Below, piece after piece: positions 1-6,458 of a DNA stretch of 32,000 nucleotides; within the stretch, counting starts at the first letter, position 1; every line of letters starts with the position of its first letter. The stretch lies in NCBI RefSeq assembly GCF_005696695.1, contig NZ_CP040006.1, positions 2,220,001-2,252,000 on the forward strand. The letters are read 5' to 3'. The position numbers and the translations under genes were made by a program. Under the pieces are notes generated by a model. The model worked only from the letters and a program-made list of their open reading frames with translations, had not been told where the DNA came from and did no database searches. Source of the stretch: Schaalia odontolytica (lineage in GTDB: Bacteria; Actinomycetota; Actinomycetes; Actinomycetales; Actinomycetaceae).

Positions 1-1
1 T

Positions 2-466
2 GACGTCGCTTTCGATTCCAACAAGCACGCCCAAACTCGCCAGGACGTCGAACAAGGGGAGGCGGCAATCACCTCCAGCTCCGAGGCAATCACTCGCCTC
101 TCGAACGGACAATACGAGCGTTTTTGGACCGATGAAGCAGGCCCTCAGGCACTGCGGAACGCGTTTATCTCTTTCCTCGGCACATACGGCAAAATTGCCG
201 CTACCGAGCGCGACACTCTCCTCTCCTTCGGGCGCAATGTCGATCAAGCGATCGAGGACTTTGCCGCCGTTGAGCAGGCGACGGGGGACGAGCTGAAGGC
301 GCTTCGCGACTCGATGGGCGACCCATCGTCCTACACCTCACCAACGCCCACTTCTTCGACAAGCCCGTCCTCCTCACCTGCCGGGGGATCAGCAACGAGT
401 CCCGATCCTGCAACGACGGCGGGCACCAACGGCGCGCCCACCCAGGACGCGCAGACAGATTTCTAG
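2..466 (+). CDS. 3' part of a gene entering from the left edge: helical region plus Pro/Ser/Thr-rich tail. Hypothetical, possibly secretion-substrate-like.
   Basis: Frame 2 is open from nt 2 to TAG 464-466 (154 codons). It is absent from the ORF track because it has no in-window start. I translated it by hand: ...AITRLSNGQYERFWTDEAGPQALRNAFISFLGTYG...DQAIEDFAAVEQATGDELKALRDSMGDPSSYTSPTPTSSTSPSSSPAGG.... GC3 is high, and the next gene starts 26 nt downstream. Confidence 0.6.
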   Translation, partial: DVAFDSNKHAQTRQDVEQGEAAITSSSEAITRLSNGQYERFWTDEAGPQALRNAFISFLGTYGKIAATERDTLLSFGRNVDQAIEDFAAVEQATGDELKALRDSMGDPSSYTSPTPTSSTSPSSSPAGGSATSPDPATTAGTNGAPTQDAQTDF

Positions 467-492
467 CCCGAGACGCACGATAGGAGACAGAC

Positions 493-2037
493 ATGGTGAG
501 TAGCCCCATGTACGACCGCCTCATGAAGTTCGTTGAAGGCGTGGAGGAATCCCGCAAGCTCAGCGGCTACGACACCGAGCATTCCGCGATTATTGCCGGA
601 ATGGGGATGATGAGTTCCAGGGTGTCCCACTTCAAGGAATACCAGGGCTTCGAGGGGCAAACGGGCGAGGCCATCGATGGCTGGATCGATCGGGCGCAGC
701 AACGCTACAGCAGCGAACGACAGGGGTACGTGACCGGCACCGAGCACTACGTCGAAGGCCGACGCCTGCTCGTGCACGCCGCCGAGGACGCTAAGCTCCT
801 ATCACCAACGCTCCTAGACAAGGCAACCGAAGCAATGCGGGGGCTTGCTCAGGTCGTCATTCCTGTCACGAAGCACATGGGCCCATTCGGAGAGACCATC
901 AACACGATCGCCACAACTGGCGCCGCCTACGTGGACGCTATCGAGGCGCAGGCAAACGCACAGCGCGAGGCTGCGGCCACGGCAATCCTGCAGCGAGTCA
1001 ACGACGAGGCGCAGAAGCTCGCCGACCAGTTGCAAGCACACACGGAACAGCTCAAAGATCTGAAGGACGGCATTGACGATAGGTCCTTTCCTTCCCATTC
1101 AGGCCCCTCTAGCCCATCCGTGTCCGATCAACTAAACCAGGGCAACATGTGGGTCTCCCCTCACGAAGCAGGCGTGTACGGAGCCAGCCGCGATGACGAC
1201 TACGGGCGTTCCGACCTTCGGGGTCAAGGGTCGGGCCTGTACGCGGACGGATACGACGAGGGCGGTCCCATCGATTCCCGCGTCATGTCCTCGAAGCGTA
1301 TTCCCAACCAATACATTTCCGAAGGAGAGCTTGGATCCCGCCTGAACCCCGTCACCGATCCGCAGGATCTGATGGATATCGACCTGCTACACACGCGCGT
1401 CAACGGTGACCGACACGCGAACGGCGTCATCGGCGGTCACACCCCGGCTTCTCCCGTCGATCGCGATCACCCTCTATGGCGCTTCAACGGAGGCCCTGCC
1501 AGCGAATCGTCAACGGCTGGTCGCCTCGGCGGAGCCGGCATCCTCGGCGCAGGGGCGTTAGGCCTTCGCGGCTCCGCTCGTATGGGTTCTGCTGGAACCA
1601 GCATGGGGCGAGCCGGTGGAGCGGGAGCAGGAAGCGCGGCCGGCTCAACGGCCCTGCGCACCGGTTCCTACTCCGGTGCCGGATTTGGCAAGTACACGCC
1701 CCCTGCTCCTGCTGGCGCAACGGGGGCTGGTGCCAACGGAACCTCTGGAGTGACGGGCTTGTCAGGGACGTCCAGCGGCGCGAATAGTGCTGGAAGCTCC
1801 GCGGCCGGCGGTCGCACCCAGGGAGCCGGCGGTTTCATGGGTGCTGGCGGCGCTGGCGCTGGAGGAAAGAAGGACGAGAAGAAGGTCCAGCGACGCCGCT
1901 ACACGCCGTTCCGATTTGAGGAAGACGATGAGCTGCCCGAGGGCTACGTGAACCCACTGTCGCAGACCTACGGTTCCGACAAGGACATTTCGCCCGCACC
2001 ACGCAAGGACGACGGATGGGATCCCCGCCAATGGTGA
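493..2037 (+). CDS. Hypothetical protein with ESX/T7SS-substrate-like architecture (helical N-domain, Gly/Ala/Ser low-complexity block, charged tail)
   Basis: The ATG is preceded by AGGAGA (482-487). The 514-aa product has an N-terminal region of about 190 aa (FEGQTGEAIDGWIDRAQQRY) and a G/A/S-rich stretch (GGAGILGAGALGLRGSARMGSAGTSMGRAGGAGAGSAAG...). Its tail reads GGKKDEKKVQRRRYTPFRFEEDDELPEGY. Overlapping antisense or alternative-frame ORFs are Arg/Pro-rich shadows. Confidence 0.8.
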   Translation: MVSSPMYDRLMKFVEGVEESRKLSGYDTEHSAIIAGMGMMSSRVSHFKEYQGFEGQTGEAIDGWIDRAQQRYSSERQGYVTGTEHYVEGRRLLVHAAEDAKLLSPTLLDKATEAMRGLAQVVIPVTKHMGPFGETINTIATTGAAYVDAIEAQANAQREAAATAILQRVNDEAQKLADQLQAHTEQLKDLKDGIDDRSFPSHSGPSSPSVSDQLNQGNMWVSPHEAGVYGASRDDDYGRSDLRGQGSGLYADGYDEGGPIDSRVMSSKRIPNQYISEGELGSRLNPVTDPQDLMDIDLLHTRVNGDRHANGVIGGHTPASPVDRDHPLWRFNGGPASESSTAGRLGGAGILGAGALGLRGSARMGSAGTSMGRAGGAGAGSAAGSTALRTGSYSGAGFGKYTPPAPAGATGAGANGTSGVTGLSGTSSGANSAGSSAAGGRTQGAGGFMGAGGAGAGGKKDEKKVQRRRYTPFRFEEDDELPEGYVNPLSQTYGSDKDISPAPRKDDGWDPRQW

Positions 2038-3215
2038 CACGCACGAATAGCACGGCACACCTGCTCGGCGTCGCAGCATCGACCCTGGCGCTCGCCGCGG
2101 CAGCCACCGCTCTGCCATCCGGACCTGCTCATGCGGCGGACACCATCACTGCCGCCGACCAGCCCTATTTTGCTTACTACCACCTCGACCAGGCGCGCGC
2201 GAAGGGCTTCACCGGGCAGGGTGTCACGATCGCCATCCTGGACGGCGAGGTCGACCCCAACGCGCCCGAGCTGGCAGGCGCTGACATTACCGATAAGTCG
2301 CCCTGCACAGTAACATCATCGAAGGCATCAATCACCCACGGCACTGCCATGGCATCACTCTTGGTTGCGCGAGACTACGGCATCTCTCCCGATGCCAAGA
2401 TCCTCTCGTATCGATTGGTTTTTTCCGATGACTCAGCCGGTTCAGATTGTTCGAGCACCTCTGGCATTGACAAGAATGAACCCTCATCGCTGATCAATAC
2501 TGCGATTAACGACGGCGCTCAGATCATTAGTATTTCGTCGTCTAATAAGAGTGGAACGACTCCTCTCAAGTGGGCAATGGCGCGGGCATTGTCGCAGGGG
2601 ATCATCATCACCGCCGCCGCCGGTAATGACGCAAAGAACGAAACGGATGTCACCTACGAAAAGTGGTCCGGCGTCATTGGTGTCACTGCCATCGATACCA
2701 ACGGCAACTTTCAGGACTATTCCTCGTGGGGCGAAGGCGTCGTCAGCGCAGCTGTTGGAGGTCCCGTAAAAATTCGTGATTATTCAAGTGGGGAACTTGT
2801 AACCACCAGCGGCACATCAGCTTCGGCCCCCCTCGTCGCTGGTTCTCTCGCGCTCGCCCGACAGAAGTGGCCCCAGGCCACCACGAACCAGCTCCTTCAG
2901 CTCCTCATTCACACGGGAACCAATCCGGACCACACGTGGAACAAGTACACGGGCTACGGCGGCGTCGCGCCCGGGGCGATGGTGAACACCGATCCCAGCC
3001 AGTACCCGGACGAGAACCCGCTGGCAGTCAAGGAAGGCGGTTCCAGTCCGACGCCCGACGAGGTCAAGCAGTACACCGACGGCGTTGTCTCCCCCTTCGA
3101 GATCGCCTACGACAACTCCTACACCTACCGTGGCCTGGACGAGAACGTGATCGGTGACAGTCGAAACCCATACCCCACCCACCTGGGGACCAGCCCGCGC
3201 TACCACGGCAAGTAA
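2031..3215 (+). CDS. Secreted subtilisin-family (S8) serine protease, mycosin-like but without a C-terminal membrane anchor
   Basis: Triad motifs are present: IAILDGEVD (Asp), ITHGTAMASL (His) and SGTSASAPLVAG (Ser). There is a Sec-type signal, MVTRTNSTAHLLGVAASTLALAAAATALPSGPAHA/AD. ATG 2031 lies in an ATGGTGA overlap with the upstream stop (2035-2037); the track start at 2016 is an alternative. No hydrophobic C-terminal segment is present. Confidence 0.9.
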   Translation: MVTRTNSTAHLLGVAASTLALAAAATALPSGPAHAADTITAADQPYFAYYHLDQARAKGFTGQGVTIAILDGEVDPNAPELAGADITDKSPCTVTSSKASITHGTAMASLLVARDYGISPDAKILSYRLVFSDDSAGSDCSSTSGIDKNEPSSLINTAINDGAQIISISSSNKSGTTPLKWAMARALSQGIIITAAAGNDAKNETDVTYEKWSGVIGVTAIDTNGNFQDYSSWGEGVVSAAVGGPVKIRDYSSGELVTTSGTSASAPLVAGSLALARQKWPQATTNQLLQLLIHTGTNPDHTWNKYTGYGGVAPGAMVNTDPSQYPDENPLAVKEGGSSPTPDEVKQYTDGVVSPFEIAYDNSYTYRGLDENVIGDSRNPYPTHLGTSPRYHGK

Positions 3216-3332
3216 TCCAATCTCGGGGTTATAGGTCAAAACGCGTTGGTTGTGGTTCAGTCCCAGGCTTCGTCGAGGGCAGTGTCGTTGGGCTAGCACG
3301 CTCGCACCGCTGCACCTCAGACAGGATCAACC

Positions 3333-3455
3333 CCATCGGGAAGATTCCACCTGATCGGGAGCATTCAACCCGTTAGGGAAGATTCCACCCTATCGGAAGG
3401 TGTTGAATCTTCCCGATCGGGTGTAACACCTCATCGGCAACAAGCGTCATCTCGG
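3333..3455. repeat. Degenerate tandem array with a roughly 19-bp period (units begin ATCGG; core GGGAAGATTCCACC)
   Basis: GGGAAGATTCCACC occurs at 3338-3351 and 3376-3389, and a degenerate copy GGGAGCATTCAACC at 3357-3370 (exact 19-bp steps). An inverted copy GGTGTTGAATCTTCCC lies at 3399-3414. ATCGG recurs at 3335, 3354, 3392, 3416 and 3433. Confidence 0.65.
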
Positions 3456-3649
3456 AGCCGGCCGCTCGCGGTGCCCCTTGTCGTTGAGTCGGCAACGCCC
3501 TACCGGCGTTTATCGGCACCCTGCCGGGCAGTCATGCACTAGTGAGGGAATATGACACCGGGGGTAATGGCGGGGTTTTGCGGCTGAGGTGGTCTGCGTT
3601 TTGAACACAACAGTGCACGGCCTGGCATGTAGCTCGCACGCGAACCGCT

Positions 3650-3810
3650 GAATATGCGCGTCAACCCCTTGATACGCACGTAAACCTCTAGATGTGCGCG
3701 TGGGCGGCGCTGCCCACGCGCACATCATCGGGTTAACGTGCGAGTTGTCGCACCCACGCGCATGTCATCGGGTTCACGTGCACATTAGCGGGTCCACGTG
3801 CGCGGCGAGG
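3650..3810. repeat. Array of about eight 20-bp-phased boxes with core CACG(C/T)GC(A/G)C; the left three are inverted relative to the right five
   Basis: Direct units GAATATGCGCGT (3650), GATACGCACGT (3671) and GATGTGCGCGT (3691) are followed by CCCACGCGCAcaTCATCGGGTTaACGTGC (3713-3741) and CCCACGCGCAtgTCATCGGGTTcACGTGC (3753-3781). A partial unit CGGGTCCACGTGCGC (from about 3789) ends the array. A 15-bp-arm palindrome GATGTGCGCGTGGGC-N6-GCCCACGCGCACATC lies at 3691-3726. Confidence 0.65.
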
Positions 3811-3860
3811 AGCGCAGGCAGCTAGCACGCCTCGGCACACGGAACGCGACAGCACAAACT

Positions 3861-3892
3861 CGAAGGGGCCGGCCATAAGGCCGACCCCTTCG
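3861..3892 (-). terminator. Probable terminator hairpin downstream of the tad operon
   Basis: CGAAGGGGCCGGCC-ATAA-GGCCGACCCCTTCG forms a 14-bp stem with one mismatch. On the minus strand it is followed by AGTTTGTGCT. It lies about 150 nt beyond the last tad gene stop (4042). Confidence 0.5.
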
Positions 3893-4041
3893 AGTATCCC
3901 ATCAACACAGTGCAAGTCTTCCGATGCGCTCCCTTTCTTGGCTCACCCTTTGTGGGTGTCGCCCTTGGCTTGATGACTATTAATGTACGGACCCCACCTG
4001 TGGGAACCATTGAACGAACCTGGCAATTTCCTGAGAATTTT

Positions 4042-4473
4042 TCACCGCTCGGGTCCGGCGCGAGCCCGGGCGCTCACATTCGTTGAAATACCGGCGATTC
4101 TGACTGGCTGTGTGAGGACCACCAGGCAGTCGAGATCGCGCACCTCGCAGGACTGGACGCCCACGCCGTTCGCCGCAGCGACGGCGGAGGCCGCCCCGCA
4201 TGGCCGCTCCCCCACGTCCTCCCAGTCAGCGGTTGCAGACTGTTCTGCCCCCGCCAGGGCCGCCAGGTCGGCGATGGCCTGCAGGTGCACCCGCTCACGG
4301 AGGGCGACACCAACCCCACCGAGGACAACCGCGAGCGCCAGGGCCAGGACAATGAGCCCCACGGAATTGATGGTCCCCGATCCTTCGTCATCGGAACGGT
4401 CGCCGGCACGCCCATACGCGACAGGCTCACCTCGGTACACAGCAGCACCCCTACCTGGCGCTCGCGGCGTCAC
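4042..4473 (-). CDS. TadE/TadG-like pilus-assembly protein (Rv3654c-like)
   Basis: It has an N-terminal hydrophobic segment, SGTINSVGLIVLALALAVVLGGVGV, followed by AIADLAALAGAEQ, which is typical of actinobacterial TadE-like proteins. GTG 4473 overlaps the upstream stop in a GTGA (4470-4473). The extension in the track to 4575 is Arg-rich and unlikely. Confidence 0.7.
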   Translation of the reverse strand: MTPRAPGRGAAVYRGEPVAYGRAGDRSDDEGSGTINSVGLIVLALALAVVLGGVGVALRERVHLQAIADLAALAGAEQSATADWEDVGERPCGAASAVAAANGVGVQSCEVRDLDCLVVLTQPVRIAGISTNVSARARAGPER

Positions 4474-4808
4474 GGCAGGTCCCCCTCGTCGATGGTGGTC
4501 ACCGAGCATCGGGCGACGCCCCCGACCCAGCCGGCCGCCCCACGGTAGGGGGCGGTGCCGGTGACGCTCACCCACCCACCGCTACGCGACACCGCGTATG
4601 ATCCGGGCGGGTAGGCGGCCGAGGCAGCTCCCTGCGGGTCGGTCTGCCCGATGGAGGCGGCCCGCGCGCCCTCGCGCACAGCCTGGCACAGGGAGGCTCC
4701 GGTCATCCCGGCCTGCGCGGCGGTGACGATGACGCCGACGACGAGGGTGACGGCAACGAACCCGATGGCGTGTTCGACGGTGACGTATCCGCGCTCGTCA
4801 CTGTTCAT
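4470..4808 (-). CDS. TadE-like pseudopilin (Rv3655c-like)
   Basis: The product MNSDERGYVTVEHAIGFVAVTLVVGVIVTAAQAG carries the TadE signature (E at +5 of the hydrophobic helix). ATG 4808 lies in an ATGA overlap with the flp-like stop (4805-4808). Confidence 0.75.
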   Translation of the reverse strand: MNSDERGYVTVEHAIGFVAVTLVVGVIVTAAQAGMTGASLCQAVREGARAASIGQTDPQGAASAAYPPGSYAVSRSGGWVSVTGTAPYRGAAGWVGGVARCSVTTIDEGDLP

Positions 4809-5077
4809 CGGGTGTTGAGCGCCTCCTGAATGATGGATTCGAGGGCGGCGCGCACGGTGTCCGATTTGAGGATCACGATGAGCAGGCCCGCGAATCCGGC
4901 GGCGGCAATGGTGCCGATCGCGTACTCGACGGTGGTCGCGCCCTCCTCGGGGTCGCACCCATCGGTGGGCTCGGCCGTGGTCCGGGGGCGCAGGGCCCGA
5001 GCTCCCTCCTGTACGGCCGCGATCGCGATGAGCTGGGCGCGCGTAGCGGCGCTGTCGATTCTGTCGATGATCGTCAT
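4805..5077 (-). CDS. flp: Flp-like pilin (DUF4244 / Rv3656c-like), 90 aa
   Basis: The C-terminal half, EEGATTVEYAIGTIAAAGFAGLLIVILKSD, matches the actinobacterial Flp/DUF4244 pattern. ATG 5077 has AAAGGA 7 nt upstream. The longer track ORF (to 5302) would run through the regulatory gap. Confidence 0.75.
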   Translation of the reverse strand: MTIIDRIDSAATRAQLIAIAAVQEGARALRPRTTAEPTDGCDPEEGATTVEYAIGTIAAAGFAGLLIVILKSDTVRAALESIIQEALNTR

Positions 5078-5162
5078 TGATCTGTCCTTTCTTCCGTTGC
5101 GCGCGGTCGCGCGCAGGGCCAGTGTGCGCGAGGGCCATCCCACGTTTCCAGGCGGATTCGAA

Positions 5163-5207
5163 CCCCTGTGGATAACCAACGAGGCCCCGCGACCCCTGTG
5201 GATAACC
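5163..5207 (-). promoter_or_regulatory. Pair of CCCCTGTGGATAACC boxes (gene-sense GGTTATCCACAGGGG), 30 bp apart, upstream of flp
   Basis: Identical 15-mers lie at 5163-5177 and 5193-5207, in the 133-nt gap between the tadB/C stop (5211) and the flp ATG (5077). The core TTATCCACA equals the DnaA-box consensus. Confidence 0.5.
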
Positions 5208-5210
5208 CGC

Positions 5211-6458
5211 CTACACACCGATTCCTCCGACGAGATGCGCGAGCAGGGGTGCGATGCCCAGGGCCAGGAAGGCTGGCAGGAAGAAGGTGCCGAGCGGACC
5301 AACGAGGCGGACGCTCAGCTCCTCGGCCTGTGCCTTCGCGTCGACGAGGCGGGAGCGGCGCTCCCACGCGGCACTGCGGGCGAGCAGCGTTTCTGGGGCG
5401 GTTCCACTGGTCCACGAGGCCTCGAGGGCGTCGCGCAGGGGATGGCTCCACTCGGGCGCATCCTCCCAGGCGTCCGCCCAGGTCGCCCCGAGCCGCAGCG
5501 AGGCGGCGGCCCACGACAGTGCCTCGTCGACGCAGGCGTCGGCAAGGGCTTCCAGTGCGCGGGGGATCGCTGCACCGCACGCCAGGGCGGAGGCGACGAG
5601 GTCGCAGGCGAGCGCGCCGTCTATCCCCTCCTCGACGCGCCTGCACCGGGCAAGGATCCGTCGACACGAGGCGACCCCCGCCGCCCACGCGGACACACCC
5701 ACGAGGGCGCACACCCGTCCCACCCCACCTCCCGTGTAGAACTGCCAGGGCGATGCCCCGAGCGCGAGCGCACACGCGATCCCCACGAGGGGAAGGGCCG
5801 CGAGGACACGCGCGGACATGAGCGGGCCGGCGGCGGCAACGCGACGAGCCTCCTCGAGCGCCTGCGCGTCGTCTATCGCGCTGCCGATCGCATCGAGCAC
5901 ATCGGCGAGGGGCGCGCCGAGGTCGTGGCTGAATCGGCAGGCGAGGGCGACGGATGCAGCGCTCGCACGGGATGCGGCCGCGCCCGGCACCCTTTCTGCT
6001 CTGCGCAGGGAGCGCCAGCGCGTCGGCGCGCGCGCCCACTCGTCGAGGACCGCGGGGTAGGAATAATCCACGCCGACGCTCCCTCCCGCACCGATGCGCG
6101 CCAACGCGAGGCCCCAGGCAAGGGAGGTGGGGGCTCCCGCGCGCAGGCGGGTCGCGACCTCGGCAACGAGGAGGGAGAGCTCGCGCGGGGTGGGCGGGCC
6201 CTGTGCGCGGCCGCGATGACGCGCGGATCTTTCCGCCCCGGGGAATAGCCGACCCCACCGCCCCCGGGCCTCGCGCCTTGGGCTACACACACGCGTCGGC
6301 CGCGCCCACGCGCGCGCGATGCGCCTCTCGCGCGCTCCCCGATACACCACGACACAACACTGACAACACAACGCAACCACGCATATAACGAACACGCTGA
6401 CCGCCGCCACCTCACCAAGGCCGAGGCAGTCCACAAACGCATCCCAGCCCGCCCTCAT
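5211..6458 (-). CDS. Fused TadB/TadC-like (GspF family) inner-membrane platform protein
   Basis: A single 415-codon frame has TadB-like (VLAALPLVGIACALALGASPW) and TadC-like (DLVASALACGAAIPRALEALADA...VGPLGTFFLPAFLALGIAPLL) halves. ATG 6458 lies in an ATGA overlap with the tadA stop. Confidence 0.8.
   Translation of the reverse strand: MRAGWDAFVDCLGLGEVAAVSVFVICVVALCCQCCVVVYRGARERRIARAWARPTRVCSPRREARGRWGRLFPGAERSARHRGRAQGPPTPRELSLLVAEVATRLRAGAPTSLAWGLALARIGAGGSVGVDYSYPAVLDEWARAPTRWRSLRRAERVPGAAASRASAASVALACRFSHDLGAPLADVLDAIGSAIDDAQALEEARRVAAAGPLMSARVLAALPLVGIACALALGASPWQFYTGGGVGRVCALVGVSAWAAGVASCRRILARCRRVEEGIDGALACDLVASALACGAAIPRALEALADACVDEALSWAAASLRLGATWADAWEDAPEWSHPLRDALEASWTSGTAPETLLARSAAWERRSRLVDAKAQAEELSVRLVGPLGTFFLPAFLALGIAPLLAHLVGGIGV

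Noticed and set aside
2016-2030. Upstream ATG 2016 as the start of the S8 protease
   Set aside because: ATG 2031 (or GTG 2034) gives a canonical signal-peptide n-region and a start/stop overlap with the preceding gene. The five extra residues (MGSPP) add nothing. This remains an alternative.
3333-3810. Possible CRISPR array
   Set aside because: The repeat units are contiguous (19-20-bp period) with no unique spacers of about 30 bp, the repeats are degenerate and partly inverted, and no cas genes are present.
3993-4007. Seventh, weak copy of the box motif (CCACCTGTGGGAACC) plus a possible small RNA between it and the hairpin at 3861-3892
   Set aside because: The core is TTCCCACAGG rather than TTATCCACAGG, there is only a single copy, and no convincing -10 element or small ORF is present. 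I note it under the main motif finding only.
3510-4010. Minus-strand ORFs 3510-3728, 3733-3915 and 3822-4010 in the large non-coding gap
   Set aside because: They have no RBS, odd composition and peptide repeats (e.g. ...MTCAWV.../...MMCAWA...) that merely translate the 20-bp DNA repeats. One runs through the terminator hairpin.
5154-5164. GGTTCGAATCC (tRNA T-loop-like, minus strand) next to the proximal flp box, as a possible tRNA-derived att remnant
   Set aside because: The flanking bases do not form a T-stem (3 of 5 pairs) or an acceptor arm, the other five boxes lack it, and no integrase or direct repeat partner is visible.
4830-6258. 472-aa plus-strand and 394-aa minus-strand ORFs, plus several 70-220-aa ORFs, over the tadB/C-flp region
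   Set aside because: These are alternative frames or strands of the TadB/C, Flp and TadE genes. The translations are Arg/Pro/Gly-rich and lack TM or enzyme motifs, whereas the chosen frames show GspF/Flp/TadE signatures and start/stop coupling.
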